Positions 40,901 to 52,195 of a DNA stretch of 64,000 nt are shown here, one piece after another. The notes under the pieces were generated by a model. That model worked only from the letters and a program-made list of their open reading frames with translations, was not told the DNA's origin and ran no database searches. Made by a program: the position numbers and the translations under genes. Location of the stretch: assembly GCA_043228905.1 (NCBI GenBank), contig JBHGNT010000012.1:6200001-6264000 (forward strand). Reading direction: 5' to 3'. This stretch comes from Azolla caroliniana (Eukaryota; Plantae; Polypodiophyta). Each line of letters begins with the position of its first letter. Position 1 is the stretch's first letter.

Positions 40901-42696
40901 TGGGCCACGTTCGAGAAGATAAAGGGGAAGTACTGGTGGCCAGGACTGTACCGGGACGTGCATCGGTTCGTGACAACTTGCGAGAGCTGTCAGATGCACT
41001 CCGTAGTCCGACATCAGGACGAGCTTCACCCTACATACCCTCCGACCATCCACTTCAAATGGATGGTAGATCTGGTGACGATCTGGTCCTGGCTCGGGAA
41101 GATCTGACGAACCAGGTGGAAGGCCGGGCCCTTCAGAACAAAACGACCGCGGCCGTATGTCGGTTCCTGATCGAGGACGTGATATGCCGGTATGGGTGCG
41201 TCGGGAAGATCGTGGTTGATCGCGGGGAGTTGGACGCCGAAGAGGCCGAGGAGCTGTTCGACCGGCTAGGAGTCAAGCTCTCGCTTACCACTGCGTACAA
41301 CCCGGAGGCGAATGGGAAGGTGGAGCGCGGACACGGACTGATCGTCAAGGCGTTAGTTCGGGCATGCGGAGGACGAGTCGGGAACTGGCCGCGGCTGTTG
41401 CCTTACGCGGTGTGGGCGGACCGAACTACACACAGTTCGGTAACCGGATTTATGCCGGCAGAGCTCATGTTTGGGCAGAAGCCGATCATGCCAATGGAAC
41501 GTACGATCTCCTCGTGGGAAACCGTGGACTGGAGAGACGAGATGAGCCAGGAGGAACTACTGGCGGCGCGTATACGACAGCTCGAACGAAGACCGGAGGA
41601 CGTGGAGTAGGCTGCGGAAAGGCTTCGGGTGGCAAGGACGAGGAACAAAGCGCGGTTCGACCGAACGCACCGGCTCCGACCGAAGAAAATCGAGGAAGGC
41701 GACTGGGTGTTAGTCTATGATAGCAGCCTCGACAACCAACACTGAGCGACACGGAAGTTCGCAAGAAGGTGGTTCGGGCCTTACGTGGTACAAAGCGCCA
41801 ACGACAATGGGACGTACCATCTGGCGGAACTCGACGGTACGAGAATGGCGATATTGGTAGCTGGGAAGCGGATCAAAGCGTTCAAGAAGCGTCACGACGA
41901 CGAGCCGGATCCGGTTGACCTGGACCGCGACGACGTCCGAAACCGAGGAAGAACCGACGGGCGGGGAATGAAGGCTGGACCGGTTTTCTCCGTCCCAACT
42001 CAATTTGGCGCATGCCGGTGGATGCGCGGTTAGGTGGGGGCGGATGTTGTGAAGAAAACTGTCCACAAGCGGAATCGGTGCGCCGGAGCGTAGGAACCGG
42101 CTCTTCTTGCACGTTGTACATAAGAGAGAATGTTGTACATAGAAGATCCTAGGTAGGTAGATTTGGTAGGTGGGGAGTTAATGGGAAACGACTCCTTTTT
42201 TTTTTTGCCTATAAGAGGAGGGAGACGAGGAGGAGGAAGGGGATCGCGGAGAGTCGAGGACGAAGTGCTGTCGGTTTGCGTGCGAAGGCTTCTCTCTCTC
42301 TCTCTGGTTCGCAAACTCCATAGCTTCCTTCTGTGCAGGTTTCGGGAGGCTCGCGCTGCTCTAAGGAATGCCCGAGAGCTTCCGGCAGCACCTCCAACCT
42401 GCTCCTGTCTTTCTGTGCGTTTACGAACAGGCATCAGCATCTGTTCGCCGGCCTGTTCGGTTGTAACCGACTTCGTGTTTTGTTGCTTTCGTGTTCTTGT
42501 TGTTGTCTTTGTTAATACATACATACCTTCGTGTCTCTCTGTGTCGCTGTCCCACTCGTGTCTTTGCGTCGAAGGGCCGTGTCCCTGTGAATCTACGCTC
42601 GCACGTAGTGGGTCTCTTCTCTTTCTCTCTTGCTCTTCGGTACAGGACCCCCGAGGTCCCGGCTCACTCCACGCCTCCGCGAGGAATACCTCGACA
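37912..42696 (+). mobile_element. Ty3/Gypsy element, gag-deleted
   Basis: 5' LTR 37912-~38551 (3' end, PBS and gag deleted). 3' LTR 42045-42696. PPT AGGTGGGGGCGGA. 4-bp TSD GCGT. RT YSNRWFTVPKK/LPQGGTNS/PFLDD, RNase H, integrase (YWWPGLYRDV..CESCQ; YNPEANGKVER). No chromodomain seen. Confidence 0.93.
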
Positions 42697-45611
42697 GCGT
42701 AATGACGTTGGCTGATTAGTATGCCTTCGGGGGTGCGGATCACTTCGATCCCGAGGAAGTAATGAAGGTCCCCCAGATCCTTCATGTCGAATGATGCCGC
42801 AAGCTGGACCTTCACGCGGTTGATCTCACCTAGGTCGGCGCTGGTGGTGACCAAGTCATCAACATAGAGTAAAATACTGACCGGCCCGAGTCGACCTTTC
42901 CGAATAAACAACGAGGAGTCCGATTTTGACGTCGGAAAGCCTATCCGACGCAGCCGATGCGTGATTTTTGCATTCCAGGCACGCGGGGCTTGCTTCAGTC
43001 CGTAAAGGGACTTCTTCAATCGGCATACTGCCGACGTGTTCGGTTCGGAGTGAAATCCGGGGGGCTGTACCATGTACACTTGGTCCTCAAGCTCACCTTG
43101 CAGGAATGCATTCTTTACATCCATCTGATGTAGGTGCCACCCCTTGGCCGCGGCTACTACGAGCAAGACACGGACGATCGTCATCTTTGTGACCGGCGCG
43201 AACGTCTCATCGTAGTCAATGCCGTGTTTCTGCATGTAGCCTTTTGCCACTAACCAGGCCTTGTATCGGTTGACTGAGCCGTCGGTGTTGTACTTGACCT
43301 TGTACACCCACCTACATCTGATCGGCTTCACACCCTTCAGTGCGTTAACCAGATCCTAGGTCTCGTTTTCCGCCCATGCGCGCATCTCTTCCTCCATCGC
43401 GGCGCGCCAATTCGCGTCCTTCGCCGCTTCTACGTAGCTGCCCGGCTCAGGCACTTCCGCTACACGGCTCATATACGCATAGTGATGTGCCATGTACTCG
43501 TTGTATCCAAACCACACAACTGGGTTCTTTTGGCGGGTAGATCGGCGTAATCGGTCATTTGCCGATGTCGAGGTCTTCTCGGCCGACGCGGATTTCGTTC
43601 CTGAAGGCCCGTCGCCGCTTCCCTCGAAGTCGGACTCGTGTCGGTCTAACTCGTTCCTATCCGTGCCTGAATCTGACACCTTCTTCTTCCCTTTCTCTTC
43701 GCGCATAAGCCGTATCCTTGGCTTCCTACGCGGGGAATGCACGGCCGAGTCTCCAGTACTCGCCGGCTCTTCATCGGACTGGTCGTACCGACTCAGTCGT
43801 TCATTCGGTCCACTTAACCGAAATGAAATCGGACTCTCTTCAGGGGTTCCGATTTCAGGCTCAGCTGGAGGCACCTCGGCCTCGCTGTCCTCATCGTCAT
43901 AACTCGGATTGGAGGTGAGGTCCAGAGTCGGAGTCAAGTACCAGGACGCGGACTCATCAAACACAACGTCGCGGCTCACGCGCGGTTGTTTGATACGCGG
44001 GTTATAGCACTTATAACCCTTCTGCTCGTCTGAATAGCCGACCAAGATACACTTCTCGGCTTTTGCGTCCAACTTCCTCCTTTTCTCCTTCGGCACATGT
44101 ACATACGCAATGCTACCGAAAACTCGTAAGTGTCGCAAGTTCCGCTTTGTTCCAAAGTATAGCTCATGCGCCGACACTTTTTCTCCGATCCGGTTCTGGA
44201 TGTATACCGCGGTTCTTACCGCCTCGGCCCAATAGAACTTGGGCAAGCTTTTCTCCTCCAGTATTGCGCGTGCAACTTCCACAATCGACCGATTTTTTCT
44301 CTCGGCCACGCCGTTTTGCTCTGGCGTGTATCTACAACTAAATTTGCGTCGAATTCCCATCTGTTGTAGATAATCGTTGAATTGACCGGAAAAGTATTCT
44401 TTTCCGCCATCTAACCGCAAGCACTTGATCTTTCTTCTTGTTTCCGTTTCCACGAACCCTTTGAGGTTCCGGAAACAGTCGAAGACTTCGCTTTTCCTCT
44501 CAATGAGGTAGATCGACGTGTGCCGCGTGTAGTCGTCGATGAAGGAGACAGAATATCGGCTCCCGCCAAGACTAACGTTTTGTGCCGGCCCCCACACATC
44601 AGAGTGTATCAAGTCTAGCTTGTTCCGACTCCGGTTATGCTTGTTTGGGAAAGGAAGTCGGTGTTTCTTCCCAAGCTGCCAGGCTTCACAAATTTGTGCC
44701 TTCCGGCCACTAAATTTGGGCAATCCAAACACCACTTGTTTCGATTGCAGGTCTTGAAGCCGCTGGTAGTTGACATGGCCTATCCGTTTGTGCCATAAGT
44801 CGATGTCCGACTCGACTTTTTGTCCCTTCACGAACATTGCGGTGCCACCGTCAGTAGAGTCGAGGATAAACATCCTCCCATCTCTGCGCCCTTGCGCAAT
44901 AATACGGCCTTCTTCCTCAATGAAGCACCCAAGATGCGTAAACTGAACCTGCATCCCCTGGTCGACGATCTGCCCGACCGACACCAGATTCTTCGTGATG
45001 GTTGGGACGTGTAACACGTTCATAAGTTTCCCTTTTTGTCCGACATGGCTCAAGGGAACTTCACCGATATTCACGATCAGATGCGGAGTGTCGTCTCCAG
45101 TTGCGACTACTCCTGGTTGCGTCGGTTTCTCAAGGTATGAGAACCACTCCTTGTGGCACGTCATGTGGTTTGACGCGCCGGAGTCGACATACCATACCTC
45201 GTCTAATTTCGGGGCGGACTGTTTCATTGAGTTTGCTTCGTGTCTCGTCACGAAGACTAACCCTTTTCCGGCTTTTCCGGATCGGACTTTGGCGTTGTGC
45301 GATCGCTGCCGATTTCCTTTGTCGGTATGTCCGGAACCAGACCTCTTCGACTCTGTGCGCTTCTTCCAACACTCGCTCTCCCTATGGCCTTTCTTGCCAC
45401 AGTACCAACATTCCGTGGCGGATTTCCCTTTCTGGTTCTCGTCGCCTCGACTCCCCCTATTTCCGTAGGGTCCGGAATTGCTGTCGGCATCACTTCGTTG
45501 CGTTCTTCCTTGATCCCGTCGGCCGCCTCCATTGCGTACCGACTCGCCTCGTCCGCCACGACCACGGGGCCTTTCTCCCTCCGTGTACAATATCTTGCTG
45601 TCGGTGTGCGT

Positions 45612-48600
45612 TGTCGCGAAGATGCGCGTGCGAGCGTGCTTCGCTTGAGCGGAACCACCGGGGTCTTGGACCAAGGAGGATGTCTGTCAAGGTATTGAGA
45701 AGAGGACGATGTGAATGTAAGATTGGAGGACAACCTATTACACTTGAGAAGATTGAAGATTGTACACTTTCAGAAGTAGATAAATAATTACAAGATAGAT
45801 GCGAAGAAGAAGAAATAGAAGCTTATATTATTGATGGTGATGATGATGGTCATATCATATTGAGCCCCCCCCTTTACACAAGTCGTACTAGGGGTTTTAT
45901 AGGTTTGTCCATGCACAAAACCATGGGCTTGGAGCCATGGTTTCTATGCACACAGTTTTGCTTTGTGACATGCAGGAAACCATGGGCTTAAAACCGTGGT
46001 TTTGTGTACACGGTTTTGTTCGTTTGTTTCCTACGGAATACTGAATATGAGAAAGAAATATAGAACATCTAAAGCATTTAGTAGTAGCTTTAGTGGTAAG
46101 GTAATTGCCTCTTATCTTAGAGGTGCAAGGTTCAAATCCTACTTGCAACCCTCTACATGCACTCAATGCCATTGTGACCTAGGTTTATTTATTTTCATTT
46201 TTACAAGTATTCGTGAAATGTGTGTGGATCCTCAATTTTTGACTTTTTCTCGCACTAGACATGCCACATCACGACATCCACCCCCACCAAACCGCACATC
46301 CTCCGGTATGTGCCAAGAAGAAAAGAGTGATGTGGAAGGGTCAAAGGCGGTTGGTGTTTGACTTCCTCCTTTCTTGCGCCTCGTCCGCACCGTCTTTTTG
46401 CCGTCTACTTCGAACTGTCGTTGCCATCTGATCCACCATATCATTAGCTCACCTGTTTTATTGCCATGTCTAGTTGTCATGGCTGCCTTTGCTCCTCCCG
46501 AGCATAACGCTTCATGCCTCGTGCATGTGCCACCTTCATCTCGGCCATCTCCTTGGTCACTTAACTTTTCTTTATCATCCTTTCTCGTCTCATGCTTGCC
46601 TTTCCTTATGCTCAACAGCCTCGACTGGATGTCGCGACTCGTTTGCTTCGACCTCCGTCTAGGCCGGCTCAACTTCTGTCGGGATCGGTCTCGACCAATC
46701 AACTTCTGGCTTGGTCGGCCTTCATTCGGATTCGCATTCGGCCGAATCGGACTTAGATGATTGACTTTCGTCCGGGTTAGTTTCCGTCCGGTTTTCAGTT
46801 GGGTCGGGCCCGGTTGATCAACTCTCGTTCGGGTCGGAATACCAACGGCTTCATCTTCCATCCGGATTGTATTCCAGTTCTTCCTTTCTTTCCGCTCTTT
46901 GGCTCTTCATCGAACTCTATTGTAGCTTTGTTTTTGGCCTCCTTGTTGGCCATCGTTCCTCTGTATGCGCCGGCTTCGACCCTCATCTCCTCGCTGCCAC
47001 CTTCCATCTCTCCAGTCTGATGTTGGCTCTCGGGCACAACTGCCGAAGTCTTCGGAACCGGTGTGGAGGGATCCCTTCGTCTGTGGTCATTGTCCTCATT
47101 GCCACTTTGGTCCTTTGATTTCTTGCCGTCACCTTCCGTCTCTCCGGTCTCACGTTGACACTCGGGCACAATTGCCGAAGTCTCAGGAAGAAATGTGGGG
47201 AGAACCTCGACACCATCGGTCACCGTCTTCTCATCCGTAGCCATCTTTCGCTCAATGTTGTTATTCGCATTGTCTTCAATATTTTCTTCCCCACCACTTT
47301 TCGTCTCTTGGGTCTCATGTTGGCTCTCGGACGCAACTGCCCAAGTCTCTAGATCAAGTGTTGGGAAAGTCTCGACACGGTCATCCGCCGTGAACTCTTC
47401 CTTAGCCATCTGCGACTTGATGTCGTTTCTCGTGGCTACCGCCTCAATCACGTTGACCTCGCACTCTTTACATCCCTTGATCACGCAAGCTTCCCTCATG
47501 CTTGCACCTTCATTACTCGATATTTCGGACACAACATGTGTTCTGAAATGCTCGTCCACTCTTAAAGCAGCATTTCCCGCTCTCGAGTCTTCGGCCCTTC
47601 TCTCGACCGTCGTTCCTCCATAAGTCGAGAAAGTGGCTTGTTTCACACCTTCTCCCATGGTACTGTCATACCAAACCTGGGCCTTCGTATTGGCTATACC
47701 ATTAGTCTGCATTTGTCGGGAGGTCTCCTCTTCGTCGATCACCATTTTCCTCGGTTTTGTTTTCAGCTTCTCTTCAACCTCGACTTGTGCCTTTAAGTTC
47801 ATTATTGCCTCTCTCATCAAGGCTTCTATGTTGAGTTCTTTCGAAGCTTCCCTCTTCGAGCTTTCTTCCTTCAGTGGGTTTTTATTGCCACATCCCATTC
47901 TCCTTTGAACATCCCTTGTGGGTCGTGTTGTTGTCGATGAGAGTCTCATCTCCCTCTTATCGTGTTGTCGGCATACCCTTTCCACTTTGGCCCAATCCTC
48001 AGTGAGGCCATTTTCACCATTGTCATCCTCGAGTTGGATTCCAATGGTCTTCCTTTCATTCCGATCGATTGACTTTACAAACATCAAAACTTTATTCACC
48101 CCCACCAATCTTCGATCCTGGTCCGAGAGTTGAGCGAAGCGATACTCAAACTCAACGAATGCATGCATAGCACTCTGGTGGGTCTTTCTCGATGACACCC
48201 ATTCATGAAACTCATACAGACCTCGTCCCTTTTGCTCTTCGTAACCATATGACTCTCGTAAAGCTTCTTTGAAGGACACCCACGAATCGTGAGTTTTTTG
48301 AATCTCTTTAATCTCTTCGAAGATTGGTTCGGCCACCACTCGATAAAAGTACTCCAACCTCATTGCTTCCTCCACTCCTCTTGAATCCATTTCGGCATTG
48401 TAGGCCTTTAGAAATTTTTGGACTTTGCCTCCATCGAAAAACCCGACTCGCTTGATCATGCTTTTGACGGCTTGTTGGGCCGCATGTCGTGTTTTCCCTT
48501 CTCTTGAAAACTCCATCATCATCTTTGACATTGCCTTCATTAGATATTCCTCGTCCAACTTCATCCTCCCCTACCGCTCTTCACGTCGGGTTCACCAAAA

Positions 48601-49266
48601 ATGTCGCGAAGATGCGCGTGCGAGCGTGCTTCGCTTGAGCGGGACCACCGGGGTCTTGGACCAAGGAGGATGTCCGTCAAGGTATTGAGAAGAGGACGAT
48701 GTGAATGTAAGATTGGAGGAAGACCTATTACACTTGAGAAGATTGAAGATTGTACACTTTCAGAAGTAGATAAATAATTACAAGATAGATGCGAAGAAGA
48801 AGAAATAGAAGCTTATATTATTGATGGTGATGATGATGGTCATATCATATTGAGCCCCCCCCTTTACACAAGTCGTACTAGGGGTTTTATAGGTTTGTCC
48901 ATGCACAAAACCATGGGCTTGGAGCCATGGTTTCTATGCACACAGTTTTGCTTTGTGACATGCAGGAAACCATGGGCTTAAAACCGTGGTTTTGTGTACA
49001 CGGTTTTGTTCGTTTGTTTCCTACGGAATACTGAATATGAGAAAGAAATATAGAACATCTAAAGCATTTAGTAGTAGCTTTAGTGGTAAGGTAATTGCCT
49101 CTTATCTTAGAGGTGCAAGGTTCAAATCCTACTTGCAACCCTCTACATGCACTCAATGCCATTGTGACCTAGGTTTATTTATTTTCATTTTTACAAGTAT
49201 TCGTGAAATGTGTGTGGATCCTCAATTTTTGACTTTTTCTCGCACTAGACATGCCACATCACGACA
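45612..49266 (-). mobile_element. Non-autonomous gag-only LTR element
   Basis: 665-bp LTRs 45612-46276 and 48602-49266 (~4 differences seen by eye). TSD GCGT/TCGT. tRNA-Trp PBS 48580-97 (TTCACGTCGGGTTCACCA). PPT 46277-88. No pol. Confidence 0.92.
46795..48564 (-). CDS. Gag-like protein with a long acidic/charged tail (589 aa)
   Basis: Uninterrupted ORF starting just after the PBS. The N-terminus (FDGGKVQKFLKAYNAEM..W.SFKEAL) is retrotransposon Gag-like. Confidence 0.7.
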   Translation of the reverse strand: MKLDEEYLMKAMSKMMMEFSREGKTRHAAQQAVKSMIKRVGFFDGGKVQKFLKAYNAEMDSRGVEEAMRLEYFYRVVAEPIFEEIKEIQKTHDSWVSFKEALRESYGYEEQKGRGLYEFHEWVSSRKTHQSAMHAFVEFEYRFAQLSDQDRRLVGVNKVLMFVKSIDRNERKTIGIQLEDDNGENGLTEDWAKVERVCRQHDKREMRLSSTTTRPTRDVQRRMGCGNKNPLKEESSKREASKELNIEALMREAIMNLKAQVEVEEKLKTKPRKMVIDEEETSRQMQTNGIANTKAQVWYDSTMGEGVKQATFSTYGGTTVERRAEDSRAGNAALRVDEHFRTHVVSEISSNEGASMREACVIKGCKECEVNVIEAVATRNDIKSQMAKEEFTADDRVETFPTLDLETWAVASESQHETQETKSGGEENIEDNANNNIERKMATDEKTVTDGVEVLPTFLPETSAIVPECQRETGETEGDGKKSKDQSGNEDNDHRRRDPSTPVPKTSAVVPESQHQTGEMEGGSEEMRVEAGAYRGTMANKEAKNKATIEFDEEPKSGKKGRTGIQSGWKMKPLVFRPERELINRARPN

Positions 49267-50695
49267 TCGTGCTCGTCGATGCACCTGCGTGGTTCTCCTC
49301 TACCAGGAGCATCGACTGTAAGTCAAAAAAGGACGACGTATTCTCCCGGGTACACACTGCAGTTCGGAACACCCCGAACTTCGACGCCAAACCCCCGAGA
49401 CAGACCTGGACCATCTCGCTTTCCTCGATGTTAACATCGATGGAAGCTAAGGAGTCGCATATGTCCTTAATCCTCGAGGTATAGTTAGCCACCGACAAAT
49501 CGCGTTGTCGTAGGTTGCACAACTCCTATCGAAGTTGAAGCTTCCTGACTGTGGTGCTCGCGGCGAAAATCTTCTTTAGATTTTCCCATGCACCCTTCGG
49601 TGTTTTTGCATCCCAAACGTAGCTTAGCAGCTGTTCACCCACACAAGACGCGAAGCAGTATAGCACTCTGCTTGCTGATTGTTCCCACGCTGGGAAGTCT
49701 TTGTGTGTCGAATCGGGTGCTGTGTCATTTGCTCCATCGACATAGCTCCAGTAACCATGTCCGAGCAGGTACTGGTGCATCTTCTAGGACCAAGATGCGT
49801 AGTTGGTTCTGTCGAGCTTCTCCGTTGGAAGCGAGCTAGCCATTCCTCTGTCCATCGGTTTTCTTGTTCTTCTTCGTTGGTTTTTCCTTCAAGCAAAGTC
49901 AGTTGCAGAGGTTCTCAACCCTCGCGCTCTGATACCATGAAAAGAATGGCATGCGGAAGCAATATAGAAAAACCGAACAACAGAAAACGCAGGTTTAATG
50001 GAAAGCTTAGGTTTTCACAGTACGCACAGGAGAGACAGAGAGAGAGTAACACAAGAACTTAAATTCGAAAAATAATACTCAATCTGTACATAGGATGTGC
50101 TCAGTGAGCACTTTTATACAAGCCCTGATAGTGGGCTGACGCAAGTACTGACAGTACTTGACTGCTCATAAATGAGCCTCGACACTTACTCCCAAAACTA
50201 TTCCTTACGAGGAATATCTTTCTAACGGCCTTTCGGTCTACGCACCGATACGACCTTTCTACGCACCGGTCTGCGTACCGGTTTTATACACCCAGTCTAC
50301 GCACGGGTTACGCATCGTATTACGCACAAATGTTGAGCTTGTCTCTCAACACATACATACATAAACACACACACACACACACACACACACTCACGGGCCA
50401 TACATACAATAAACGAAATTAATACATTACAATACAATATGTACATATATACACACATACCTATATACACATTTACACATATAACACATACATACAATAC
50501 AATATGTACACACATACATACATAAACACACACACACACACACACATGTGTAGAATATACATACACACATGTACACACATATATGTTGTATGGAAAATAC
50601 ATACATACCTATATACACATATATACACTTACATACATACACATTTACACATATAACACATACATACAATACAATATGTGCACACATACATACAT

Positions 50696-50730
<35 letters not shown>

Positions 50731-50933
50731 TAGAATATACATACACATATGGACACATATATATGTTGTATGGAACATACATACACACACACAAACATAA
50801 CACACAGCACACACATGAAATACATACAATAAATGCAATTAAATAAAATGCAATACAATATGTACATAATACACACATACTTATACACACATGCATACAA
50901 TCCATACAATACCTATATACACATATAATGCAC

Positions 50934-50964
<31 letters not shown>

Positions 50965-51092
50965 TACATACAATATGTACATAATACACACATACCTATA
51001 CACACATGCATACAATCCATACAAAACCTATATACACATATAATGCATACATACATACACACATACACACATACACACATAACACGATATGT

Positions 51093-51128
<36 letters not shown>

Positions 51129-52195
51129 CAATAAAATAAAATAAAATACAATAAACACGTTCGCGTTCACAAGTGGAAGGATTGCGCATTCCACTTGTAG
51201 AATCTTCTTAAAACGAAGCAAATACTCTCTACAAAAATTGGATGCACTAGTATCACATGTTCCTCAACTTGATTAGAATTTGCAAATATAAAAATACATG
51301 ATAGGTCTACGAGTGGAGATCATTAGAAATCATGCAAGTTTAGACGCGTTGATAAGTTAATGTAGGCATAATAAAGTTCAACAATGGCTCAATATGTCAC
51401 TACTATGCGACAAGGGAAACACTAACTTAAAGACTTATATTAATTAGGTAAGTTTTACAAAAATATCAGGTGTACTTGTACCCATACTAATAAAATGAGT
51501 TATAATTTATACTTTGACCCATACGTGCATGTATGTAATTGTGGAAAATGTAGGATAGTGCACATTAGGATAAGTGATTGGAATAACTAACTTATTAAAG
51601 TATTCAATACTTGTATTTAAAGTTGATCTAATCTATTCCTCAGTTTGTTCATATGGGATCAAACCATATGTATATAATTGTGGACAATGTAAGGCAGTGA
51701 ACTTTAGGATAATGTCGTGGAAATAACAAACCTATTAGGCTTTCATACCTGTATTTAAAATTGATCTACTCTATTGCTTAGGTAATTCACACAGGATCAA
51801 ACTCCGAACGAAAACGCAACTGGAACCATTATCAACACACTACACAATCTAAGCAGTAATGGAATAGAAACATAATAGTTTTAACAATAGAAGACAAAGA
51901 TCCATAATAACAACATGGACAGTCATGGCAACAATTGTAGGGCCATGTTCTATTAAGGTTAGCTTGGACCAAAATCAGCCTCAATTTAAACTAATTCATG
52001 TTTCTCCATAAATTTGGTAGTCAGCTATGCACGCGGTGAAACCAATGTCATAAATCTACTAACCAAGTATATAAAAATAAAATTGAAACATATAGAAGAT
52101 TATAAAGAATAGAATCCACTAGGTAAAACCCAAAATTTGTATTAATAATGTGAAATCCTAACAAATCGTCAGTGTCCTTTTCTTCATAGAGTCTA

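Larger units (their letters stand above)
36205..50351 (-). mobile_element. Full-length Ty1/copia element (copia D) with two nested LTR elements
   Basis: 414-bp LTRs 36205-36618 and 49938-50351, TSD CATAC, PBS 49926-37, PPT after 36618. Gag-pol segments at 49267-49856, 42697-45611 and 36619-37911. Confidence 0.96.

Noticed and set aside
46083-46145. Functional tRNA gene
   Set aside because: No convincing acceptor stem or canonical 7-nt anticodon loop, and it is embedded in LTRs; kept only as a tRNA-like cassette.
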